From positions 219,380-283,379 of the forward strand of contig CAVVLG010000003.1 of assembly GCA_963749085.1 (NCBI GenBank): a DNA stretch of 64,000 nucleotides. The letters are read 5' to 3'. Below, in pieces: positions 39,223 through 47,751 of this stretch. The position numbers and the translations under genes are program-made. Source of the DNA: Candidatus Adlerbacteria bacterium (GTDB taxonomy: Bacteria; Patescibacteriota; Minisyncoccia; Phycocordibacterales; SBAW01). Position 1 is the stretch's first letter. Each line of letters starts with the position of its first letter. The notes below the pieces were generated by a model. The model did not search any database and was not told the origin of the DNA. It saw only the letters and a list, made by a program, of their open reading frames with translations.

Positions 39223-41481
39223 CTATTGCGGATTCGTCGCTGCTCCTGGAACTTGTGATTGATCTATTTCCGTTGTAGTCGGCACTTGCCCCGTGCTTCC
39301 GGAAGTCACGGTGAATTCCGGATGTTGTTGGAGCCATAGATGAAGCCCTATCTCCCACGCATTGTATTGCGGGTCGGACGCGGGATCAGTCGGTGCCGGT
39401 CCCAAGGGATTATTTTTATCCACCCAGTAGAGGATTTCGTGGAGCATCCCGTCCGCTCCAGGTATGTCCCAGTCTCCCTGCATGATGGGTTTAAGTCCGC
39501 TTTCGTTTACGGTTTCTCTGGTGAAGTACTGCGTCGGCCGGTTGGCGAGCGCGTATTGCATAAATTGATTCCACATCGGGCCCACAATGAAGCCGGAAAC
39601 CTTGCGCACCATGGGCGTATTGTTGTTGTTACCCGCCCAGATGCCAACCACAAGGTTCGGCGTATACCCGATGGTCCACGCATCGCGGAAGTCGTCCGTG
39701 GTACCGGTCTTGACCGCCACGTCATAGCCGGGGAAGTACAGATATTCATTCTCGCCCAAAGGCGCACGCGCCACGGGGTCTGAGAGTACATCATTTATCT
39801 CCTCCGCGACCTGCGGCCCCACTACCTGCGTTCCCGTGGGTTGCGTGTCGTCTTCAATGACATTTCCGTTGGCGTCCATAATTTTCAGTACAGGGGTCGT
39901 GGGATAATGCACGCCGTTGGTCGCAAATGCGCCGTAGGCGCTCGTCATCTGCAGAAGCGTTACATCGCCTCCTCCCAGCACCAACGTGAGCCCATATTGG
40001 CTTGCAGGGCCGAGGGTTGTGATACCCATGGATTTGGCGAGCTCAAGCGACTGTGGGATACCGGCGAGGTAGAGCACTTTTACCGACGGAACATTAATAG
40101 ATTGCGCGATGGCATCACGCAAGGTCATCGGTCCGCGGAATAAGCCGTCGTAGTTGACTGGCGAGTAGCAGCCATTTGCGTTGGTGAAATTAGTAGGCGA
40201 GCATGCGGTATCAAACTGGGTCGGTACGTCCCACAGCACGGTGTCGGGCGTGTAGCCTTCGGTGAACGCCTGCGCGTAGACGAAAGGCTTAAAGGCCGAC
40301 CCAGGTTGACGGTTCGCAAGCGTCACGTTATAAGCGCCGTCTATGGTCGTATCAAAGTAGTTGCGCGAGCCCACCATGACGAGAATCTGCCCGTTGGTAG
40401 GATCTATGGCTATCATGCCCGCATTGCTGGCGTTGTATTTCGTCGCGTTGCTGAGCGCCCCTGCCCCAACGATGGACTCGGCCTGCTGCTGCAGATTAGC
40501 ATCGAGGGAGGTGATGACCGTCCAACCGTCGGTCTGAAGCGCCTCCTCGCCATACTTCTGTTCAAGGTATTGCTCAACGTAGAACACAAAGTGTGGGGCC
40601 AAGAGGGCGCTGGTTTTCTGCGGTAAAAAGATCACCTGGGTTGTTTCGGCGCTTTCCTCCTGTTGCTCGGTAATATATCCGTGGGTATACATATCTTGGA
40701 GTACCAGGTTTTTGCGCGCATCAAGCGCCGCCTTATTGTTGCCGTAGGGCGAATAGTAGCTTGGGGCCTCAAGCAGTGCCGCCAAATACGCGGCTTCGGG
40801 CAAGGTAACTTGGCTTGCGTGCACGCCGAAGAACGTTTCTGATGCTTCTTCAACCCCGTACATGGGACCGCCGTAGGGAACTTGGTTGAGATAGATCTCG
40901 AGGATTTGCTGCTTGCTTACGACCCGGGTGAGTTTAAGCGCCAGAATCCACTCCTTTATCTTGCGCGCAATGCTTTTGTCGTCGGTTAAGACCGTATTCT
41001 TGATGACCTGCTGGGTTATGGTGGAACCCCCTTCCGTGGCTCCCAGATGCAATACGTCGACCACTGCTGAGCGTAGTATTGCTTTCAGATCTATGCCGTC
41101 GTTTTGGTAAAAGGTCGGATCTTCAATGGCGATAGTCGCGTCTTGGATATCGGGAGAAATTTGCGAGAGCGACACGGTAGTGCGCTCTATATTGTTGTTG
41201 GTGAGGTCATACAAGAGCACGGTGCCCGTGCGGTCGTAGAGTTTGACCGACTGGTCGACTTGAATTTGCGAGAGGGAAGCCAAGTCGGGGAGGGGCAATG
41301 TCGCGGCCCATAAAAAGAAAAGACCAAGAAGGACGAGCAGAGCTCCGACCAGACACATAACAACCGACGCAGGGTGTTTTTTGATGTATTTCCAAAACAG
41401 CTTAAGCGAGTGGTGCGAGTAGTTGACGTAGGAGCGTGCGTGCTCCTTGGAGCGGTCTATACCCGAGCGCATAAAAGGCAT
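39223..41481 (-). CDS. Class A penicillin-binding protein (PBP1A; transglycosylase + transpeptidase)
   Basis: The GT51 motifs are IAIEDPTFYQNDGID and GGSTITQQVIKN. The transpeptidase motifs are SAFKPF, SIN and KTGTT. The start is uncertain: the ORF extends to 41568. Confidence 0.85.
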   Translation of the reverse strand: MPFMRSGIDRSKEHARSYVNYSHHSLKLFWKYIKKHPASVVMCLVGALLVLLGLFFLWAATLPLPDLASLSQIQVDQSVKLYDRTGTVLLYDLTNNNIERTTVSLSQISPDIQDATIAIEDPTFYQNDGIDLKAILRSAVVDVLHLGATEGGSTITQQVIKNTVLTDDKSIARKIKEWILALKLTRVVSKQQILEIYLNQVPYGGPMYGVEEASETFFGVHASQVTLPEAAYLAALLEAPSYYSPYGNNKAALDARKNLVLQDMYTHGYITEQQEESAETTQVIFLPQKTSALLAPHFVFYVEQYLEQKYGEEALQTDGWTVITSLDANLQQQAESIVGAGALSNATKYNASNAGMIAIDPTNGQILVMVGSRNYFDTTIDGAYNVTLANRQPGSAFKPFVYAQAFTEGYTPDTVLWDVPTQFDTACSPTNFTNANGCYSPVNYDGLFRGPMTLRDAIAQSINVPSVKVLYLAGIPQSLELAKSMGITTLGPASQYGLTLVLGGGDVTLLQMTSAYGAFATNGVHYPTTPVLKIMDANGNVIEDDTQPTGTQVVGPQVAEEINDVLSDPVARAPLGENEYLYFPGYDVAVKTGTTDDFRDAWTIGYTPNLVVGIWAGNNNNTPMVRKVSGFIVGPMWNQFMQYALANRPTQYFTRETVNESGLKPIMQGDWDIPGADGMLHEILYWVDKNNPLGPAPTDPASDPQYNAWEIGLHLWLQQHPEFTVTSGSTGQVPTTTEIDQSQVPGAATNPQ

Positions 41482-41520
41482 TCTACCACTCCTCGCAGTT
41501 GTGTTACAGTGTTTCTGTAT

Positions 41521-42711
41521 ATGGGATTTTTCTCCTCCACCCCGAAGGTCTCGACCGATGAACAGCACATAGACGAGCTCCTATCGCGCGGCGTTGCCGA
41601 AGTGATAGTCAAAGAGGATCTGCGCAAAAAACTCCAGAGCGGCAAGCGCCTGCGAGTGAAACTTGGCATAGACCCGACCTCGCCTGACCTTCATATCGGC
41701 CGTGCCGTACCCCTCCTGAAGCTTCGCGATTTCCAGAAACTGGGGCATCAGATCGTGCTCATTATTGGTGACTTTACCGCGGTCATCGGCGATACGTCCG
41801 ACAAAGAGAGCGAGCGTCCCATGCTTGCGCATGAGGTTATAGAAAAAAATAAAAAGACGTATTTTGAGCAGGCAGGAAAACTGCTCGACCTCTCTCAGGT
41901 TGAGATGCGCCACAACAGCGAATGGCTTGGGCTCCTGACGTATCGGGAGATAGGTGAGCATGCAGACGCGTTCTCAGTCGCAGATTTTATCGCGCGCGAC
42001 GTCATCAAGCGACGCCTCGACGCGGGCAAACGCGTCTCTTTGCGCGAAGTACTCTATCCCCTCATGCAGGGCTTCGATAGCGTCGCCGTCAAGGCCGATG
42101 TGGAGCTCGGCGGCATGGATCAGAAATTTAATTTGCTCGCGGGACGCGTTCTGCAGGAAACATATAATCAGCCTGCGCAGAATATAGTCATGAATCCCCT
42201 TATCGACGGCCTTGATGGCACAAAGATGAGTTCCAGCCGAGGCAACGTCATCACCCTTACTGCATCTCCCAGCGATATGTATGGCAAAGTCATGAGCATG
42301 GGGGATGCACAGGTGCCGCTTTATTTTGAGATATGCACGCGAGTTCCTTTGAAAGAGATTGAGGAAATAAAAAGCGATCTGACGAGCGGCTCTGTGCATC
42401 CGAAAGACGCCAAGATGCGCCTTGCGCTCGAGATAGTCGCGCTCTATCACGGCACTGATGCTGCTCAAAAAGCGGAAGAGGACTGGCGACGAACATTTAG
42501 TGAAGGAGGCACGCCTGCTGATGCACCGCACGTACGGGGAGGTAGATTGCGAGATTTGATTACGGACATCTCAACCAGTGAATTGCGTCGCTTAGTTGAA
42601 CAAGGTGCGGTCTCCTCCGTTCTCAGCGGGAAAAAAGTTGAAAGTATCGATACTGAAATACAACATGACACCATCCGCATAGGCAAGCACCGGTTTCTTA
42701 GAGTAGAGTAA
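41521..42711 (+). CDS. tyrS: Tyrosine--tRNA ligase
   Basis: The segment GIDPTSPDLHIGRAVPLLKLRDFQKLGHQIVLIIGDFTAVIGD shows HIGH-region homology. The KMSSS (KMSKS) motif and a C-terminal S4-like domain are present. Confidence 0.85.
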   Translation: MGFFSSTPKVSTDEQHIDELLSRGVAEVIVKEDLRKKLQSGKRLRVKLGIDPTSPDLHIGRAVPLLKLRDFQKLGHQIVLIIGDFTAVIGDTSDKESERPMLAHEVIEKNKKTYFEQAGKLLDLSQVEMRHNSEWLGLLTYREIGEHADAFSVADFIARDVIKRRLDAGKRVSLREVLYPLMQGFDSVAVKADVELGGMDQKFNLLAGRVLQETYNQPAQNIVMNPLIDGLDGTKMSSSRGNVITLTASPSDMYGKVMSMGDAQVPLYFEICTRVPLKEIEEIKSDLTSGSVHPKDAKMRLALEIVALYHGTDAAQKAEEDWRRTFSEGGTPADAPHVRGGRLRDLITDISTSELRRLVEQGAVSSVLSGKKVESIDTEIQHDTIRIGKHRFLRVE

Positions 42712-42959
42712 ACCCCGGCTAAAGCCGGGGCGTACTATATACCTTCGTCTTCAGTATCGCCGGAGGCTTCCTCATCTTCATTTTCTTCGGAATCGTCAGT
42801 CTCCGAGTCGCTCTCATCCAGTGCGAATTCCTCTTTCTCAAACTCGTCGTACATACGCCACTACTATTAGCTTAATAATGCTTTGCGTACCCAATGCCCA
42901 GAGTTGTAACAAAACTAATACGCTTTGCAAATCACTTTTGGCGCATCCTTGTGGATATC

Positions 42960-43445
42960 TCAGTTTTCATGCTTGAGGCGCACTGACGCAAGGCAGGTAA
43001 GGCCTACTGCTATAGCGTCTATTTCGTCATCCAGGCGCTTTTTCGCTGGCAACTTAATAAGCCTTGCTACCATAGCGGCCACGGCGGCCTTGTCGCTTTT
43101 GCCATAGCCGGTCATGGCGACTTTGACCTCAAGGGGGGTGTATTGATAGAGCGGCAAGCCTCGCGTGGCGGCAATGTAGCTCAGCATACCCATGACAGCG
43201 GCGACCTGCATGGCGGTCTTGGCGTTTTTCTCAAAATAGATCTCCTCCAGGGCGATTGCGTCCGGTTGATATTTTTTTATAAGCTTCTCGGAAGCTTCCC
43301 CGAGCACTTTAAGCCGCTTCTCAAAGGGAAGCGAAGCCAGGGTACGTACACATTCGGAATGCACCAGGACCTCCTTGCCGTTCAGTTTTTCAACCAATGC
43401 GATACCCAACCGCTCATAGCCGGGGTCAAAGGCTAAGACTTTCAT
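42960..43445 (-). CDS. ruvC: Holliday junction resolvase RuvC
   Basis: The N-terminus MKVLAFDPGYERLGIALVE is present. Length is 161 aa. Confidence 0.85.
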   Translation of the reverse strand: MKVLAFDPGYERLGIALVEKLNGKEVLVHSECVRTLASLPFEKRLKVLGEASEKLIKKYQPDAIALEEIYFEKNAKTAMQVAAVMGMLSYIAATRGLPLYQYTPLEVKVAMTGYGKSDKAAVAAMVARLIKLPAKKRLDDEIDAIAVGLTCLASVRLKHEN

Positions 43446-43460
43446 AGCGCCATCATAGCA

Positions 43461-43991
43461 CTACGCCGCGTTCGTATATACTTCACTAACATCGTCATGT
43501 TCTTCAAGTGCGTCGGTAAGCGTCGCGAGTTTCTGCCCATCGTCATCAGAGATATCAAGAGGGGATTGTGCTTCCAGTTTTCCTTCAGTATTTTTTGCAA
43601 AGGCCCACATGGCCGCGCCGGGCGTTGCTAGTGTCCCACCATTAAGTAACAGCAGGTGCTTTATTTCTTGCGCCGTTCGATTCCGATTATCGGTATAGCC
43701 TTCGATAATGAGTGCGGTGCCGCCCGGTCCGTAAGCTTCGTATACAACTTGCTCAAGTTCTGCGCCGCCGCTCGACGCTTTGCGTAAGGCACGCTCAATA
43801 GTATCCGCTGGCATATTAGCTTCGCGCGCTTTTTCGATAGCTTGGCGAACACCAGGTGCGTTGCTATTGCCTTTTGCCTTTTTAGCTTCGACAGTAATAA
43901 AACGCACTAACTTTGAAAAAGTTTTTGCTTTTTGCGCATCCGTCTTGCCTTTCACATGTTTGAGTTTTGCCCACTTGCTATGACCTGCCAT
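43461..43991 (-). CDS. yebC: YebC/PmpR-family transcriptional regulator
   Basis: The N-terminus MAGHSKWAKLKHVKGKTDAQKAK is diagnostic. Confidence 0.85.
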   Translation of the reverse strand: MAGHSKWAKLKHVKGKTDAQKAKTFSKLVRFITVEAKKAKGNSNAPGVRQAIEKAREANMPADTIERALRKASSGGAELEQVVYEAYGPGGTALIIEGYTDNRNRTAQEIKHLLLLNGGTLATPGAAMWAFAKNTEGKLEAQSPLDISDDDGQKLATLTDALEEHDDVSEVYTNAA

Positions 43992-44015
43992 GAAGGCTAG
44001 AGTAACTCACAGGAA

Positions 44016-44276
44016 TTGTCACTGCAACCGTCGGAGGTAGCAATGCGTACCTTATGCCACGTGTTCAGCGACGAGCAGACTCTCTTGATCTCAACCTTCG
44101 TTCCCAAGCCGGAAGAGATGCTGGGGTACAACCCTGCGGTGGGGATGAAATTCACTATTGGTCCACCCCTGCACGCTACTCCGCACGTCTACGAGATAAT
44201 CGATATTTCAATGGAGAAACGTAACGGAGAGAAGGTCTGGGCGTGGCGGGTACAACAACCCCACACATTGCACTAG
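44016..44276 (+). CDS. Hypothetical small protein (86 aa)
   Basis: It lies in the yebC-ruvB gap. A perfect 18-bp palindromic hairpin GGCGACCACGTGGTCGCC plus TTT follows at about 44286-44306. Confidence 0.3.
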   Translation: MSLQPSEVAMRTLCHVFSDEQTLLISTFVPKPEEMLGYNPAVGMKFTIGPPLHATPHVYEIIDISMEKRNGEKVWAWRVQQPHTLH

Positions 44277-44308
44277 CCCTTCAAAGGCGACCACGTGGTC
44301 GCCTTTCG

Positions 44309-45310
44309 TTACAAAAGTTTTTGGTTTAAATCCATTGGGGCTACTAACCTGAGATGCTTATACGCTTTTGCGGTCGCAACACGTCCGCGCGGTGTGCGCT
44401 CAATGAGTCCGAGTTGCAACAAAAATGGTTCGTGTACTTCCGAGATGGTCGTGGGCTCCTCGGCAAGTGCCGCAGCTAGGGCTGAGACTCCGGCGGGACC
44501 TCCATTGAATCGTTCTATCAATACGGTCAGTAATTTTCTGTCCAAAGGAGTGAGACCAAGTTCATCCACCTCAAGCATGCCGAGCGCCTCGGAAACCATT
44601 TGTGCTGAGAGCGGTACGCGCTTGAGCTGTGCGTAATCGCGGGCGCGTTTTAATAAATAGTTTGCGGTGCGCGGCGTGGCGCGACTGCGCTTGGCAATTT
44701 CCTTCACTCCGGCCTCATCCACTTTCACTCCTAAGATTTTTGCCGATCGCTTGATTATCTTCGCGATATCTTCCTCGGAATAAAATTCAAGGCGAAAGGT
44801 ACCCCCTGAGAAACGCGAGCGCAGTGGAGCTGAGAGATCAGCGACGCGCGTGGTTGCGGCAACCAACGTGAACGGCGGCAGCGGCAAGTCGAGCGTGCGC
44901 GCGGAAGGTCCCTTGCCGATGATAATATTTAATACACCGCTCTCCATGGCCGGATAGAGTACTTCCTCAATCGCGCGCGAAAGGCGGTGTACTTCGTCTA
45001 TAAAAAGAATATCGCCAGGAGAGAGGTTGGTGAGGAGTGCTGCCAAGTCGCCCACGCGCTCAATAGCAGGACCCGACGTCGAACGCATATTGCCGCCGAG
45101 CTCATGCGCTATCAAATGAGCGAGCGTGGTCTTACCTAAACCCGGCGGTCCGTAGAAAAGGATGTGTTCCGGAGGAGTCGAGCGCTCTTTTGCGGCGCTG
45201 ATGAGGATGTGCAGGTTGTTTTTGATGCTTTGCTGCCCGATATATTCCTCCCAGGAGGTGGGGCGCAGCGTCTGGTCGAGAAAAGCCTCTTTTTCTGGTT
45301 TACTTGACAT
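44309..45310 (-). CDS. ruvB: Holliday junction branch-migration helicase RuvB
   Basis: The segment LRPTSWEEYIGQ...ILFYGPPGLGKTTLA (AAA+ Walker A) is present. Length is 333 aa. Confidence 0.9.
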   Translation of the reverse strand: MSSKPEKEAFLDQTLRPTSWEEYIGQQSIKNNLHILISAAKERSTPPEHILFYGPPGLGKTTLAHLIAHELGGNMRSTSGPAIERVGDLAALLTNLSPGDILFIDEVHRLSRAIEEVLYPAMESGVLNIIIGKGPSARTLDLPLPPFTLVAATTRVADLSAPLRSRFSGGTFRLEFYSEEDIAKIIKRSAKILGVKVDEAGVKEIAKRSRATPRTANYLLKRARDYAQLKRVPLSAQMVSEALGMLEVDELGLTPLDRKLLTVLIERFNGGPAGVSALAAALAEEPTTISEVHEPFLLQLGLIERTPRGRVATAKAYKHLRLVAPMDLNQKLL

Positions 45311-45604
45311 ACATTTAATACTATGCTAGGCTCTCGTCAGTTGCTCCTCCTCTACATGAGGGGCTTTTTTATTGGGCAGAGTACACCCTCAAGCAATACG
45401 GCTTCATTGCTTTGAGACCATACTAAGGACGTTCCGGCCTATGTTTTATACATCAGCTGCGGGTACTATCCTCATGAATGAATCTCGCTTCATCGCCAGT
45501 CGATGTTGTGTATTGCTTGGTGGTATACTGCGCCCAAGCACACTCTACTCCCGTGCAGGTCATTCGCAAGATTGACCCTCGAGAGTTTTGTGGTTTTAAA
45601 CCAG

Positions 45605-47287
45605 CTATTTTACCTCATCGAGATCGACCACGCGTCCAAGTTCGTCCAGCGAGGTAACCCCCTTCAGTATTTTTATAATCCCGTCTTCTTGCATGGTGGG
45701 GATGCCTTGCGGCTTGGCTGCTGCGGCTATTTCACGCTCGCTCGGGCGGCTCCGAAGGATCTCTTCTATCGCTCGATCCATAAATATGGCCTCAAAAATG
45801 CCAATACGGCCCTTGTAGCCGCGTCCTCCGCAGGCCTCACAACCCTCCGCATTCGCTTCCCATACCATATTCGTTTGCTGGGGTACCAATACGCGATCGA
45901 CGACACCCTTCATAACGCGATCAATAAGCTCTTGCTCTTGAGGATTTGCCTGGCGCTGTTTTTTGCACGTCTGGCAGAGTTTGCGCAAAAGCCGTTGTGC
46001 CATCGCGACGTTGATTGAGGAAGAAAGCACCTTCTCCGATACCCCGAGGTCTATGAGACGGGGGAAAGAACCGGCCGCGTCGTTAGTGTGGAGCGTTGAG
46101 AACACGAGGTGTCCGGTGAGCGCGGCGTTAATGGCCGTCTCGGCCACTTCCTCGTCGCGGATCTCACCAACCATGATGATGTCGGGGTCTTGCCTGAGTG
46201 CTGAGCGCAGGCCCGAGGCGAAGGTATAGGTTTTTTTATCAACCTGGGTTTGCACAATACCCTGCAGGTGGTACTCGATAGGATCTTCAATAGTAATTAT
46301 TTTGCTGCCGGGCGAATTTATCTTCCGCATGAATGCGTAGAGCGTTGTGGTTTTGCCGCTCCCCGTAGGGCCGGTCGTTAGTATCATGCCGTTTGGCCTT
46401 GTTATTTCTTTTTCAATCCGCAGCCGCAATTTTTCCTCCAACCCCAGCTCTTCAAGGGGAACAGCGATTGATTTCGGATTGAGAATACGAAGCACCACGG
46501 TCTCGGCGTAGTTGCCGGGTAAAATACTAGTACGCAACTCTATCTCATCGCCCTTTATTTTTATAGAAAACCGTCCGTCCTGTGCTTCATCGGTGACATT
46601 GAGTTTCAGCCCCGAAATTAATTTCAACCGCGACAATACAAGCTTGTAGGTTTCGTGGTCGAAGGTGAGTACGTCGACTAAGACGCCATCGAGGCGGTAG
46701 CGCAGACGCACCGCCACTTCCTCCGGTTCGAAATGTACGTCGGATGCGCCGGTTGAAAGTCCGCCGGCGAGAATAACTTCCAGTATGCGCGTAATGCGAT
46801 AGGTGCGCTTGATAGTGACCGCATCGTTGATGAGCGCTCCGATATCTTTGAGACTTTTGACTTTATCAAGCAACCCCTCGATTTCAGTCGGAGAAATTTC
46901 AAACACGCCGGCTTTAGATTCGGTGGCGTAGGAGAGGTCGGCATAGCGCTCAAACGCCCGCTTCAGCGACTCCTGCGAACACATGAAAAGCGTCACGTCG
47001 TAGCCTTGTTCGGTCAGTTTTTGTTTCAGTATCTGTACTTTCGGATTCTCCGGCGCGCGCACCGCAACTGAGAGCCGTTTTCCGACTCGGCCGAAGGCCG
47101 CAGCCTCCGTTTCGCGCGATTCTTTCTCCGGTATCACGCGTAGCGCGTCGGTATTGACCGCCACCAGGGTGAGGTCGACGTATTCGACGCCGTATTTGCG
47201 CGAAAGTACCTGGGCGAGCTCTTCTTCTTCGCGCTTACGCAGGAAGTCGAGCCGCTTCTCCTCATCGATGTCGTTAAACACAACCAT
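45605..47287 (-). CDS. GspE/PilB-family secretion ATPase (type IV pilus / type II secretion assembly ATPase)
   Basis: Walker A is GPTGSGKTTTL. The Asp-box and His-box (GxxxHxxG) are present. A tetracysteine zinc motif CQTCKK...CEACGGRG is present. Length is 560 aa. Confidence 0.85.
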   Translation of the reverse strand: MVVFNDIDEEKRLDFLRKREEEELAQVLSRKYGVEYVDLTLVAVNTDALRVIPEKESRETEAAAFGRVGKRLSVAVRAPENPKVQILKQKLTEQGYDVTLFMCSQESLKRAFERYADLSYATESKAGVFEISPTEIEGLLDKVKSLKDIGALINDAVTIKRTYRITRILEVILAGGLSTGASDVHFEPEEVAVRLRYRLDGVLVDVLTFDHETYKLVLSRLKLISGLKLNVTDEAQDGRFSIKIKGDEIELRTSILPGNYAETVVLRILNPKSIAVPLEELGLEEKLRLRIEKEITRPNGMILTTGPTGSGKTTTLYAFMRKINSPGSKIITIEDPIEYHLQGIVQTQVDKKTYTFASGLRSALRQDPDIIMVGEIRDEEVAETAINAALTGHLVFSTLHTNDAAGSFPRLIDLGVSEKVLSSSINVAMAQRLLRKLCQTCKKQRQANPQEQELIDRVMKGVVDRVLVPQQTNMVWEANAEGCEACGGRGYKGRIGIFEAIFMDRAIEEILRSRPSEREIAAAAKPQGIPTMQEDGIIKILKGVTSLDELGRVVDLDEVK

Positions 47288-47289
47288 GC

Positions 47290-47751
47290 GTGTATTATAC
47301 AGGCATGCAGAAGGTATTACGCGCCGATTTGCCGACAGTGGTGAGGGACGTACTCGATAAACTTCCTAAAGGAAAGGATCGTTCGGCATTGGTAACTCTC
47401 AGCGGCGACGTGGGAGCGGGGAAGACAACCTTCGTTCAAATGCTCGCGAAAGAACTCGCCGTCAGTGCTATCGTGCAGAGTCCGACCTATGTTTTGATGA
47501 AAAAGTACGATATATCCAAAAATAAGATACTTCCGGATTTTCATACCTTGGTGCACCTCGACCTCTACCGTTTGGGGAAACCGGATGAGTTTGCAGCCCT
47601 CAAACCCGAACAATTTTTGAATGACCCGCACACGTTAGTGTGTGTCGAATGGCCCGAGCGGGTCGGAAATGCACTTCCGAAGTCAGATGTCAGCGTACAC
47701 TTTTCCTCTGATGGCGCTGGTGAGGTCGAGCGGTATATTGGAGTGGCATGA
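47290..47751 (+). CDS. tsaE: tRNA t6A37 biosynthesis protein TsaE (YjeE)
   Basis: The segments VTLSGDVGAGKTTFVQ and HLDLYRL are present. Confidence 0.8.
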   Translation: MYYTGMQKVLRADLPTVVRDVLDKLPKGKDRSALVTLSGDVGAGKTTFVQMLAKELAVSAIVQSPTYVLMKKYDISKNKILPDFHTLVHLDLYRLGKPDEFAALKPEQFLNDPHTLVCVEWPERVGNALPKSDVSVHFSSDGAGEVERYIGVA

